The notes: generated from the sequence alone by a model not told the origin. Shown: positions 39,530 to 51,438, numbered from the stretch's first letter. The stretch: DNA of 64,000 nt from Lama glama (GCA_028534125.1 CM052816.1:61258001-61322000); one strand, 5' to 3'. Made by a program: numbers and translations.

Positions 39530-39901
39530 TCTCTTACTCTTTTGAAGTGGCCCTTCTCAAATGTAGGAGGTTCTTTATGCTTTACCAGCTTGTAAAGAAG
39601 TTTGTAAAGCTTCTGTTTTCACTTTTGGCTTTTACTGGTCTGATCAGTAGTTAGTAGTAAGTAAACTGCTGTCAATATCCTTAGTCCATAGTGTTACTTG
39701 TAATCTCTTTTTCCTTGAAACGTATTTTCAATACCATTTTTTCTAGTAACTCCTCTTTTTTACATTCCCATTCACTTTGTGTAGCACACTATAACTCAGC
39801 AAAATGTTAGGAAATACATGGTTTAGCTTTCATTCCAATGCTTTTAAAAAAACTGTTACTATGAACTGCCTTTAATGATAGATGCCGTTTTTCAATTCCA
39901 G

Positions 39902-39939
39902 GCAGCAAGTTTAATGCAGAATCCTCAAGTTCAACAGCT
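39902..39939 (+). CDS. SGTB: SGTB exon 9: AASLMQNPQVQQ(L)
   Basis: ttccag| acceptor, CT|GTAAG donor, 38 nt. Confidence 0.96.
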
Positions 39940-40177
39940 GTAAGTATATAGAAAGAGCATATTATATTTCCCGCTTCCACTTGTCGGCCTCCTAATTTGA
40001 GCATATCAGCTCCAAAATGATAAAACTGGCCCGAATGCTGGTCAGTGGGAACTTAAAGTCATACCCATTTGGTCCAACCTACACAATGTGTGTTTATTTA
40101 CCTGCTTTTCTTTGGCCAGTATCCTACTTGCCAAGCGTATATGCCAATTCCAGTGATACATCTCTTGCCCACTGTAG

Positions 40178-40261
40178 AATGTCAGGAATGATGACAAACG
40201 CTATTGGGGGACCTGCTGCTGGAGTTGGGGGCCTAACTGACCTGTCTAGCCTCATCCAAGC
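40178..40261 (+). CDS. SGTB: SGTB exon 10: MSGMMTNAIGGPAAGVGGLTDLSSLIQ(A)
   Basis: ctgtag| acceptor, GC|GTAAG donor, 84 nt. Confidence 0.97.
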
Positions 40262-40584
40262 GTAAGTATTATTTAGAATAGAAACAGTAAAAAAGTATTT
40301 CTTGTTTTATAGTTTGTGTCTAAGGTGAGGGTACCAAGGCTTTCTTTTAAATTTTCATCTTTTACTGTTAGTATCAGTGACCTCATTAATTATTAAATCT
40401 AAAAGTAGTTCATAAATTGAAATTTTCTGATTGAAGGGCAGGAATCCAGAAGATCTGGGTCCAAGAAACATTTTTTTCAGCAGGTTTGAATAGCTATTCA
40501 AGGATGTATCTGGAAGTCAAATATCTACTTAAAGTATGTGTGAATTTAGGTACACAAACATATATATACTTTAAGAATTTATTT

Positions 40585-40686
40585 ATTAAATTAGGTTTAT
40601 TTATTTAATAGAGGTACTTGGGGATTGAACCCAGGACCTTGTGCGTGCTGAGCATGCGCTCTACCACTGAGCTGTACCCTCTCCCC
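40585..40686 (-). mobile_element. Vic-1-like SINE inserted in the tail of a second copy
   Basis: 12-bp TSD aagaatttattt at 40573-40584 and 40687-40698. Confidence 0.85.
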
Positions 40687-40698
40687 AAGAATTTATTT

Positions 40699-40834
40699 TT
40701 TTAATTTTATTTTTTGAGGGGTGGTAATTAGGCTTATTTATTTATTATTAGTTTTTTTTTTTAAATGGAAGTTCTGGGCATTGAACCCTTGTGCATGCTA
40801 CGTATGCAGTCTACCACTGAGCTACACCCTACCC
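40699..40834 (-). mobile_element. Older, more diverged Vic-1-like SINE
   Basis: ggtaattagg.ttattt body; ctaccactgagctacaccct head with a small internal deletion. Confidence 0.85.
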
Positions 40835-41629
40835 TTCACACATACATATTTAAAAATCATATATTATAAATATGAATGTTTCAGACCACTTAGGAAACTT
40901 TTATTCACTTTTTCAGTGCCCATCATTACTAAAGGAACTTGTTTCATCTTCTTGAGCACATTACCTTTACCTCCAAGTTGCTTAAGCTACTGTGCTTTTT
41001 GAATTGCTTTTTGAATCTGTGTGATGCTGCCAGTGGAAACATATGAAGTGAGAAGTACCATTTCCTGTTTGTGATCATAACTATGTAATCCTACTTGCAT
41101 TTTTAGAGTGATCTTTAAGTGGCATGATTATAGTGATACCTAACACTTGCAGTTGTGAGTCACACAGAGGAATTTGGATTAAATTTCTTTACCTGTTTAA
41201 AGATCAGTGCTGTTAGGTGACTTCATAAGCATCCCCAAATGGGTGTAACACCTGCCACACGAGAGATGATTAAGACTTGACTACAGTAACAAATACCTTG
41301 CATTATATTTGCAGACCTATAAAAGCACATACTTGTTAGCCATTGGCTCATTTGTGGTTAAGCACTTGGGGATGGGGTGGTGGAATTCACCTCATTCAGG
41401 AACTCACTTTTTAGCTTGGGTGTCTCATTTCTTATAAAGAACACTGCACTGTAATAATGCTGTATGGAGGCATTGGTAAACTTGCAGATACTAAATTTAT
41501 GAATCTAAAACTTGTTTCTATACAAGACGTTCCCTTTGGGTAGTATCCATATCTTTTGCAGTTCTTTTTGCATGTGTATTTTGTGATTGGAAATTCCCTA
41601 ATTCATACTACTTTTCCTCTTTACTATAG

Positions 41630-41741
41630 GGGACAGCAGTTTGCTCAGCAGATACAGCAACAGAATCCTGAACTTATAGAGCAACTTAGAAATCACATCC
41701 GGAGCAGGTCATTCAGCAGCAGTGCTGAAGAACATTCCTGA
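41630..41741 (+). CDS. SGTB: SGTB last coding exon: GQQFAQQIQQQNPELIEQLRNHIRSRSFSSSAEEHS*
   Basis: ctatag| acceptor; TGA 41739-41741; the ten coding exons total 915 nt = 304 aa + stop with no frameshift. Confidence 0.98.
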
Positions 41742-43524
41742 CTTAACCAGAATGCAGACAGTTATGGCTCTGAAGTGTTTGCTGTAGATAGTGGCCAAAA
41801 CAAAAACAAAAACAATCTAAAGAATATATCTGTCTAAACAATAGGTTTATCACAAACAGACCTGCACATAACATGATTCCTTTGTAAATGAATGATCAGT
41901 AGCCTTGTTAAGTGCTAGTATAGCACTTAACTGGGCAGGGTTCCATTTTCAAATCTTCATCATATTTGTATATTAGACTTAATAGCAGAGTATATTTATT
42001 GAACCATAGGGCTGTTTATTGGTGAGTTGAGTTCTCTAGCTTCAAATTCCCCTAAGCAAACTTTTTGAAAGGGGACCAAAGAGGAAGGGTTTCTCATTCT
42101 GATTTAGGAGAAATATACTTGCCACTGAGCAGCGTATCTGGAGAGAAGTTTGTTACCTGGGTTTAGCTTTGACAGCTATTGGTAATGAATGTATGTCATG
42201 GGGGCAGGTGCTATCTTAATGCTGCTTATTCTGATGGGTGATGAAATCTTAAGAGCTGGTGGAAAGCAGCATTTGGTGCAAGGGCTGTTATTTTGAAAAG
42301 AAACAAATAGATGCTGTGAATGTATAGAAAGTGGAGGTAGGATGCTCAGGTTTTCTGTGTAGTTCTTAACTAACCTCGCCTGCAGTTTGGTATTGGTAAC
42401 ATTAGCATGGCCAATTATGCTAAGTACATAATAAAATACATTTAGAAATCCTTAATGATTCTGGTTAGGTCAGTAGTATAACTGTTCGGTTTAACTATCA
42501 CAATTTCCCCAGTGGTGACTTTACTGTGGAAACATTCCAATACATCAATATTTAAATAAGCCAATGGCTTGGCCCTTAACTTAAGGATTTTCTAAGTGGC
42601 ATTTAATTATGTGCCTGTAAACACTGATTTTTTTTTAACTCAGTACTTATTTGATGGGTTACAAAAAGCATCTATTGCTAACATTGCTTGTTCATGTAAT
42701 CCTCTGCTATAATTTGGCTTGGCATGTTATCCTTAACCTTACTTTGATGCCACTTAAACGTAACAGGGGACTTGAAATATTTTATTGGAATTAGGATACA
42801 TATTAGTGGAGAGAGGTGTTAAAGTACCATGGGAGTGGCTTTAACTACAGTGATGGATGAGGCCATTCTAATCGCAACTGGAATTTCTTTTGTTTATTAT
42901 GAAATTGGTAAAGTTGGCAGACACATAATGATTTCACAAGTGTTGTGAGAGAAAACTGAAATAGAAAGTAATATAAAATTAAGTCAGTAATACTGATGAT
43001 CAGAGCCTTACTATAACTGTCCTCCTCAGAAGGCTAATTACTTGGTATCTTGAAATTTAAAAACCAATTTTCCCTTTGTGAGATTACAACAGAGGTTCTA
43101 TAATTTCATTGTTAAGAATAACCTGGAAATTCATTAAAAATGCAGATTCAGGGGCACAGCTTCAATTTTTATTTAGTAGGCCCTTTAATAAGGTCTGGGA
43201 ATCACCATTTTAAATAGCACCTATATTTCTGGCCAGAGAGAGCAGGACTTAAACCTAAGCTAAGCCTTCTGAATTAAATCTGCTGTATTGCATCTAAACC
43301 AGCTTCATTTTTCATGAAGTTAAATTCATCTCCTAGAGTTCAGTGTTGTTATACAGAATGAAGTGCTAACTAACCAAAGGAAAATGATGACTGCAATGGA
43401 AAAAAAAAAAAACCCAACAAAAAACGCAAAGTTGATCCTTAATAAAAAATTAGTCACTCCTACCCAGTGTTGAGTAAGGAAAAGTCCCCAGCATAACTAT
43501 CTTGAGCTTATTAACAATGCTTTC

Positions 43525-43935
43525 AGATCAATAAAATTGATGAGCCTCTAGCTGACTGACTAGGAAAACAGAGAAAATAGGTATCAACAGTATCAGAAGT
43601 GAAAGAGGAGATACCATTACAGACCCTGTCGACATTAAAAGGATAATTAGAAAATAAATACTATGACCAATTCTAGGTCCCTATATTTAACAACTTAGAG
43701 GAAACAGACAAATCCCTTGTAAGGTACAAACTACTAAAGCTCACGGAAGAAGATAACCTCCAGAAAAGACAGCCACAGGCCCTGGCAATTTCAGTGGTGA
43801 ATTCTCCCAAACATTTCATATGAGTTCTACACAATCGCTTCCAGAAAAGAGAAGAGGAAACGCTTCCCAACTCTTTTTGTTTAGCCAGTACTCTTATACC
43901 AAAATCAAAGACATTATAAGAAAAAAACACTTTAA
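43525..43935 (+). mobile_element. Old L1 ORF2 remnant inside the presumed SGTB 3' UTR
   Basis: gatcaataaaattgatgagcctctagc...aaagaggaga...ttcagtggtgaattctcccaaacatt...ataccaaaa. Confidence 0.8.
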
Positions 43936-44792
43936 AACAATACCTTGATTTGCTAATATCTGTAGTTAAGGTAGGCATTCTTTTTACATGAAGTAATGGG
44001 AATTGGGCTATTTCTTCCATTTTACCTTCTGGTTTGTTTGTTTTCTAATATATCACCCATTATAAATTAAATCTAGGTATCTGTCCATTTACCTGGATTT
44101 CCATTCTATTCAAGCCGTTTTTCCTCTTTAAGTGCTTTCACCACTTTGGAATCACTGCATTGCATGCTATTTCAAGAAAGTTTTCTCTGAAAATTATAAG
44201 TAATGCTCTAAATGTTACTTAGCTTGTCTGAAACAAGAGGATGTTAAAGAATATCTTTATATACATTCTACCTGGGAATGACTGACTTCTATTAACCACA
44301 TTTCATTATAGTAGCTGTAGCTGTTATACTACTGTGTAAAACTTATAATGTCCTTTTTATGCAAATGACATTTTCATTTAATGTACCAAACTGTTTATCT
44401 AATTTTTACTGTATGGTTTAAACAGATCCTTTCTAAGATGACATTGTCTAACCTTAAAGAATGAACAATATGTGTCTAGGTTATTGCTTATAAAAGGATA
44501 CTTTGTAATTAAATCAAATTATATAGCAGATTTTAAGTGACTGTTAAACTTTACTTTCAGAATTTGAAACAGAAGGTTCAGTCATGAGAAGATGCTCGGA
44601 AATCAATAGAAGTATCCAGTGCAGTGGCTATAAAGTCTTATTTCATCATTTACTCAATTGTGCTCATTTTGGAGGAAAGGCAGACTTCAGTTTTACTGCT
44701 TGCACTTTATTTTCATTAATTACCTCTCCAATTTAAGGGCAAATCTCATTCTGAATATAGCTTTCATTTTGGACCAAACAATTTGTCATGGC

Positions 44793-44798
44793 AATAAA
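44793..44798 (+). terminator. SGTB: Candidate distal poly(A) signal of SGTB
   Basis: AATAAA with a downstream U/GU-rich tract at about 44824-44835. Confidence 0.55.
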
Positions 44799-44903
44799 TA
44801 ATTATGCATTTAAGAAAAACCAATTTCTGTATTTGACTTACTGCATTCTTACATTTAAGCAATTATATATACATGCTTGAAATTCAACTTACCAAAATAA
44901 GTC

Positions 44904-44952
44904 TTTATTTAACAGCATTAGTTTTTGTTTTCAAAATATTGAAACTTTTATT
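44904..44952 (-). terminator. TRAPPC13: Candidate poly(A) signals of TRAPPC13 (AATAAA at 44952-44947 and 44909-44904)
   Basis: TTTATT hexamers about 1.1 kb downstream of the TRAPPC13 stop; a further one at 44706-44711. Confidence 0.55.
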
Positions 44953-45510
44953 ACACTCATGTTGCAAAGTTGTATACATTCTTACCATTCTCAGTTTTGT
45001 TTATGGTGTAAGTAAATTAGTATGATTACATGCAGAAATACAAAGTTTTATAATATCAATACATGATTTACAGTTCAAAATTAAGTATCAGAAGCTGGAA
45101 ATCCTGTAAATATGCCTTATGAAAATAAGTGGCTTATTTTTCAAAGGGAAAAAATCCAGGACTTTTTAACTTGGAAAATTATCAGGCTTCTTAGTTCAGA
45201 ATTAACAGAGTAATCAACAACTTAAGAAATAAAACCAATTATGATCTACTGTAACTGAAACTTAGACGGGCGTGTTTGTATGTACACACAAACAAAGATA
45301 AACACCAATACAATAATTTTGAAAACAATTAGAAAAACTCATACTGTTAGCAAATACAAGGTTACAAGAGGACTACCCAAGTTGTTTTAAACGTTTTTGT
45401 TACTGACCAGCTAGGGGAAAAAAAAAAAAAAACTGGGGTTAACTGAAATATTTCTAAATAAAGTATGATAAGAATTCTGAAGTTTTAAGAAATGACGGTA
45501 TCTTCTAGAT

Positions 45511-45705
45511 CGAGGCCGGTACACTACGGCCTGCAGGCCGGACTGGCGGCTGCCTGCTGTGAACGGACAGCTGTGCTCGGTCTGCCTGCTGGCTGCTTTT
45601 GCCCAACAGCAGCAGGGTTGAGTATTTTCAACAGAAACCACACGGCCTGCAGAGCCCAAAGTATTTAGTACCTGGCCCTTCACATGAAAATTTTGCTGAC
45701 CCCTG
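45511..45705 (-). mobile_element. MER58A-like hAT MITE in the TRAPPC13 3' UTR
   Basis: Terminus ttttgctgacccctg; 8-bp TSD ttctagat (45503-45510) / ttccagat (45706-45713). Confidence 0.85.
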
Positions 45706-46019
45706 TTCCAGATACCTGCTAGGGACAAGTGGTCTCAAATATAGACCTCTTGGGGAATAAAGTCCAATGGTCATTTAAAACGAAACAAAATAGCATATGT
45801 GTAGAAAACGTACAAATGTTCATTTAGAATATAACTCACAAGATAAAATCAGCAGATGGTTCTTTTCAAAACAAACATTTAATATTTAACTGCTTTACAC
45901 GAAAGAAATTTAAATAATACATACTTATTTTTGCGGTTGACTTGATCATTTTACAAAGGTGACGGAAGTACACAAAGTTCCTGGAAACTCAATGAAAAGC
46001 ACAACAATAGAAATTTTCT

Positions 46020-46127
46020 TCAGCTTTCCACTTCAATGGCCGAAGACACCACACAGACTTGGGCGATGTCATCGTATTCATATGTTCTCTTTAAGAATGT
46101 GTCTGTGAGTCTTAAGCCGGAGACGCT
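46020..46127 (-). CDS. TRAPPC13: TRAPPC13 last coding exon: [35 protein letters not shown]
   Basis: caatag| acceptor; TGA at 46022-46020; 108 nt; recognisable TRAPPC13 C-terminus. Confidence 0.97.
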   Translation of the reverse strand, partial: SVSGLRLTDTFLKRTYEYDDIAQVCVVSSAIEVES

Positions 46128-46250
46128 CTATTGAGACAAAAATATAGATCGAAGTTTTCATTCATTGGTAATAACCAGAGAAAATGTGGGTTAATATTTT
46201 CTAAGGGTTAACAGTCCCCAAATACTGAAATTACTGAAACGAGAGCATAC

Positions 46251-46401
46251 TTGCAGTCCCTGTACTGAAGACAGTAGTGTAAGTGCAAGGCAGAGGGAGG
46301 AACTGGGATGTAGTTTTCCAAGCTGTCTTCCTGAAATGCCACACCAGTGGATGGAATTGGTATTGCACATCTCCAAAACCAGATCCATAGTCCTTTCACT
46401 G
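46251..46401 (-). CDS. TRAPPC13: TRAPPC13 exon 12: (S)[56 protein letters not shown] start at 46401 or 46398
   Basis: ctcCAGCAG| tandem acceptor, CAA|GTATGC donor. Confidence 0.97.
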
Positions 46402-46893
46402 CTGGAGGAATCAGAAAAACAGGAATAAATCTTGTTCCTTTCACAAAGGGGTATTGCGATATTTATTCCACTCTTGCCAGTGAATTCCTTTTTTGAGTGT
46501 CCAGTAGAAAACCAGAAACAGAAATGAAAAGCTATCATTTCATTTTCATTTCACTTAAGATAGAATCAGGAAAATGAAAGGAGACAGCATCTTCTAGGAT
46601 GCTCAGAGGCACTGAGACTAATCTGCCTGTCTGGATGCGGGCTTTCCGGTTCTGTTAGCAGACACTGGCTCCCTGATGCTGATCGGTTAACAGTTTTGCC
46701 ACTTCTCTGAGAGACTTCCAGGCATCTGTGTTTAATCTTATTGCTATATATTCTTCCTATTTTTGTTAGGTACTCTACAAGAAAGAAAAAGAGAAACGGA
46801 GTCTGGTCCAGTGCTTTTTCTGTTTAATCTATGCTCCTTACCATTCAGATAATATAGAAAATGACCAGCAGGATTAATAAGTAAAAGTATTCA

Positions 46894-47118
46894 AAATTGT
46901 AGAATAGATAAACAAGATTATACTGTATAGCACAGGGAAATATATACAAGATCTTATGGTAGCTCACACAGAAAGGAATGTGACAATGAATATATATATG
47001 TTCATGTATAATTGAAAAATTGTGCTATACACTGGAATTTGACACAACATTGTAAAATGATTATAAATCAATAAAAAATGTTAAAAAAAACTTACATTAG
47101 AAAAAAAGAAAAAAAAAG
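46894..47118 (+). mobile_element. Young 5'-truncated lineage-specific L1 3' end
   Basis: Perfect 15-bp TSD aagtaaaagtattca (46879-46893, 47119-47133); AATAAA plus A tail. Confidence 0.9.
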
Positions 47119-48816
47119 AAGTAAAAGTATTCAGGTGTTCAGTGTTAACATGAAAAGACTACTTCTGTGTATAACTGATATCATGAGTTCAACTTAAACT
47201 TATTAAGTTAAAAAACTTTTAATGAAAGTATGCACATTAAAAAAAAATAACCAAAAGCTCATAATGAAAAACAGTCTGCTACTCTACCACCATTCATGAC
47301 TACTTTCATCTCCTAAAGCTCTTTTCTTCTTCTCATAGTTGGCTCTACATTTTTCAATTTAAACTTGATTTTTAGACATACTGATTTAATTTAGCTTTTA
47401 CATGCCTGTCTGCCCCCAACAATTTGAAATGTCCACTGTGTGCCCAGACCAGTGTACATGCACTACATGAATTTTCTCATTAAGTTTCACAAAAATCCAG
47501 TAGGTGTATGTTGTGTGTGTATGTCTGTGTGTCTGTATGTGTTGGGGGACGGTAATTCAATTTTTATAGATGAGGGAACTGAAGATCTGAAGCACAAATG
47601 CTTTTTAGAAAGCCTATTTGAATCACCAAAAGGTAAAGTACTCAAAAATAAATAAAATTTCTTTATTTATTACAGCACTTTGTCATCTGGTCAATAACTG
47701 ACTTGTTATAACTTGAAAAATGCAAAACAAAAAATCCAAAAGTACACCTTATTAGGTACAGGGTCTTTTATCTTGTGTGTGTTATTGTTCATTGAGCTCC
47801 TATGATGTGGCAGGCACTACATTTATAATGCTAGGTAAGACATGGTCTCTTCTCTTGAATTATTTGCAATCTAGCGAGGAAGAGATTAATAATTATAGCA
47901 ATATATGAATGTCACTAAAAAACTGCATTAAAATTTGCTAGACAGAGAAAGGGATGATTGTACATGGGAAGGTCTAGTTATCTTCATAGGGAAAGTAGGT
48001 ATTTTTATCATTTTGAAGGATGTATATTTCCTATCTCCCTAATATCACAAAGTCGGGATGGATACAGAATTGAAAAGGATTATATATTCAGACCATGAGG
48101 ACTGGGATTCATCGCTGCAATATTATCAAAGTGCCCCAAGTAGTAATACAAGTAGCAGCAAAAGTGACAGGACTGGGGTTTAATTCTAGGTTTTTCTGGC
48201 TTCAAAGCCCTATCCTCTTTGCTTCCCAATAGCTAGATTATACTCTATTATCAAAGCCGTATTTTGAATCTATGATTATTCCTTATATTAAATTCATAAC
48301 CAATTTTTACTTTCTTAATACTAAAGATACAACTTGGGTATAAGTATGCCTCAGAAAAATCTATCTTATTATAGTAAATCTATAATGTACTGTTCTGTAA
48401 GAACCTAGTAGTTCATGTTTTAGTAATCTGAAGTGTGAAGGAAGTGTAAACAAGGAAAAGAACATGGACTTTGAAGTCAAATACACCCAGTTTCAAATTC
48501 TAACCCTATCTCCACTAGCTCTCTGAGCTTGAATAAGTCACAACCTCTCAGTTGGCTTTCTTTTGCATAGAATGTAAATAATTAATATCTACCTCATAGA
48601 TATGCAAATAAAATACAGAAAATGTCTAATATTGTAGGACCTCTAAAAAATTTAATATACAGCTACGAGATGGAGAACTTCACAGTATTCAGTGTCAACA
48701 TCAGAGATGGATATATGGCAAGAGGAAACTTAAAAGGAGACAGTGTGTTTAAAAGATTTAAAAATTCTCTCTTAGATGAAGAAGAAAGGACATCCATCCA
48801 CAAACACTGGCATTAC

Positions 48817-48917
48817 CTGCAGTTTGTTATTTTACAAGTAATATGAAAAGGTTCTTCTAGGTTTACAGTATCTGGAATTGCCTCCAAAGACAACCTAACA
48901 TCTCCATAACCTGGAGC
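48817..48917 (-). CDS. TRAPPC13: TRAPPC13 exon 11: [33 protein letters not shown](S)
   Basis: tcttag| acceptor, AG|GTAATG donor, 101 nt. Confidence 0.97.
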
Positions 48918-49977
48918 CTAAGAGAAAAAGCAATACAGTTAACATACATCTATTACAAAACCTTTCCATTTTAATGAAGGTATCAGTCATTCTGATGTTC
49001 TTCATTCTAACTTCTTTTGTTGCTACTACATGTAGAATAGCACTATAGCTCCTGACATTTTTGTTATAATTACTCCACGTTTAGGAGAAATATAATGAAT
49101 CTCACAGGTAAACAGTAAAGAAATTTTAGGGGGTTTGATCTTAAAGGTATGCTTTCTAAAGATACTGTAGCTTATACATACTCTATAAGGTTACTGCCTG
49201 CACAGAAAGAGGAAATTCACTGAAATGATCCTGGAGGAAAATCATGTCTGTTCACAAGATACACCGGCAGGGACAGACCACAGAATCAACATGCCATGGT
49301 GGGGAGGGAAACAGCTCAGTGGTAGAGCATCAGAGATGATAGCTAATGGCTGTATCCAGAGGTAATCCTTTTTCCCCAATTATTATCTCAAATAGTATAA
49401 GAAAAATAAATTTTAGAATGTATCTCAGTAGGTACTATTCAGTATAAAGTGAGGATTCTGTAGCATATTCTCACTAGCATAAGAAAAGGAAGACTGGCAG
49501 CCGTCCATACTATTCGAGTAGAAATCGGGCCAAATATCCAACCAATGTCTACAAGATAACTTGAGTGGGACTCACCTGAGTTTCAGATGACCTAGACCTA
49601 AACATCTTTAAAAAATGTAAGAACTGAGTAGGTAAATGTAGTGTAAGTCCAAGAGTTCCAAGACATTGCAAAAAAAGAAAATGTTAGTACAGTGGAAGTC
49701 AGATGAACAGCAAGCATGAGTTATCACATTCATTTAAATTGTTTGGAAAAGTAAAAAATCATGTATTATGGACAAATTAACATGTGAACATTTCTCCTCA
49801 TCCAATACCCATTTTCTACCTAGAGAGCAGTGTAATAACTAGTCTTTTATTCTCTAGCAATATTAATGCTTTTTATAGTGCTCTGATTTTTAGTGACAGA
49901 TCTAGGAAAATTTAAGCTGTTCTAACTATTTGCTCCCGACATACCAAAACCCCCACCAATGTTTTTTCTAGACTCAC

Positions 49978-50176
49978 CATTCTTTGAAGTTGGCTGGTCT
50001 GCAGTCTTCCTCTTTCACCTAGATTTGTTTTCCATACTATATCCAATTTTCCAATTACTGTTACTCCCTTAATGATGCCTGCTTTTTCTGCAAACTCCTT
50101 CTTGGGTTTTAGGCAGTACAAGTATTGGCGTGTATCCATTGGCTGCAAATACGCTCTTGACCCAAATGTAGTTACA
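49978..50176 (-). CDS. TRAPPC13: TRAPPC13 exon 10: [66 protein letters not shown]
   Basis: cctcag| acceptor, ATG|GTGAGT donor, 199 nt. Confidence 0.98.
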
Positions 50177-51009
50177 CTGAGGGGTGGAGACAGAGATGGA
50201 GACAATTCTCTAGAATCTTTTAAAAGAGAAACCATGGCTGTGATTGTTCCTTTGAATATGAATTGAATGATTTACCATCCAAAGATCTAGAATAGAACAG
50301 GTCATTGGTTTCGATACAAATGAAAAGGACTTGTACTGAAAAGACTTATTTTTCTTTAATTTGTTTTCAGTTTATATGGAAAATCTTGAAATTCTCTATA
50401 ACAGAATGTAATATACTACCTAAAGTATTGGACATGTATCAATTAATTGAAAAAATGCAACAGAAATCAGAACCTTAAGTATCCTGTTCCTTTTCTCTAA
50501 AACTATGAAAGAAAATAGTTTAGAATAAGAAACATACCATTCTAAACTAAGTAATCATTTTCAAAATGAATTAAAAGATCAGGAAAAGAATGGAAGATTA
50601 TTGTTTTTCTCTGTGGGGGTATGAGAGGCTAAGAACTCTACTGTAGCCACCATAATAAGATAAAAGTAAATTTTTCTTTCTTGGTTAATAAAATCAGGTA
50701 CTTTCTACAGGTATTATCTTCTTATCCATGTAAATGTCAAACCTACAATTTATTCTTCTTCTGAATTACCTACAGAAACACATGTGTATCTCATTTTCAT
50801 AAAAAATTAAATCCTTTATTCTTATGCTCACTCTTTTTGATGCTGAGAGAATATTTCTTCTGCAAACTCACTGCTTACTCTTACCCTAACTTCTCCATCA
50901 TCATTTCCTTTATCATTTGCAGCATAAGGATGAACTGTTCCATACTCACCTCACTGAAATATTATGAAAATTAAAAGAATAAATGCTTCAAATAAAAATG
51001 GCTAGTACC

Positions 51010-51352
51010 TTTTTTTATGTGAAGGGAGGGACGAATAGGTGGACTACAGGAGATTTTTAGGGCAGTGAAACAATTTTATAAAAAAGTCATGATGGCTACA
51101 TGTCATTACATCTGTCAAAATCTATAGAATGTACAACATAAAGAGTGAACCCTATGTAAACTATGGAATTTTAGTTAATAATAATCATTATTGGTTCATT
51201 AATTATAAAAAATACGTCACATTAAAATAAAATATAAATAATAGGATGGACACTGTAAGTGGGGAGGAAGGCATGTGGGAACTGTACTTTCTGGTCAATT
51301 TTTCTGTGAATATAGAACATCTCTAAAAAAATTAAGTCTATTAATTAAAAAA
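51010..51352 (+). mobile_element. L1MC-type 3' end
   Basis: ttttagggcagtgaaac...tagaatgtacaac...agagtgaaccctatgtaaactatgga...tgggaactgtactttc motifs. Confidence 0.8.
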
Positions 51353-51438
51353 TATATACAAACTAACCAAGAGTAACAATGTTAGAAAAAGTTCATGTCC
51401 TTCAAAATAAAAACAAACACTTCATAATTCATATTTAC

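Larger units (their letters stand above)
41742..44820 (+). other. SGTB: SGTB 3' UTR (end inferred)
   Basis: Follows the stop; AATAAA at 42430, 43441 and 44793, the last followed by U/GU-rich tttctgtatttg. Confidence 0.6.

Noticed and set aside
49570..49600. Strong minus-strand donor CAG|GTGAGT with nearby AGs (16- or 22-nt cryptic exon)
   Set aside because: Weak acceptors, frameshifting, and not needed for the TRAPPC13 frame; no evidence of use
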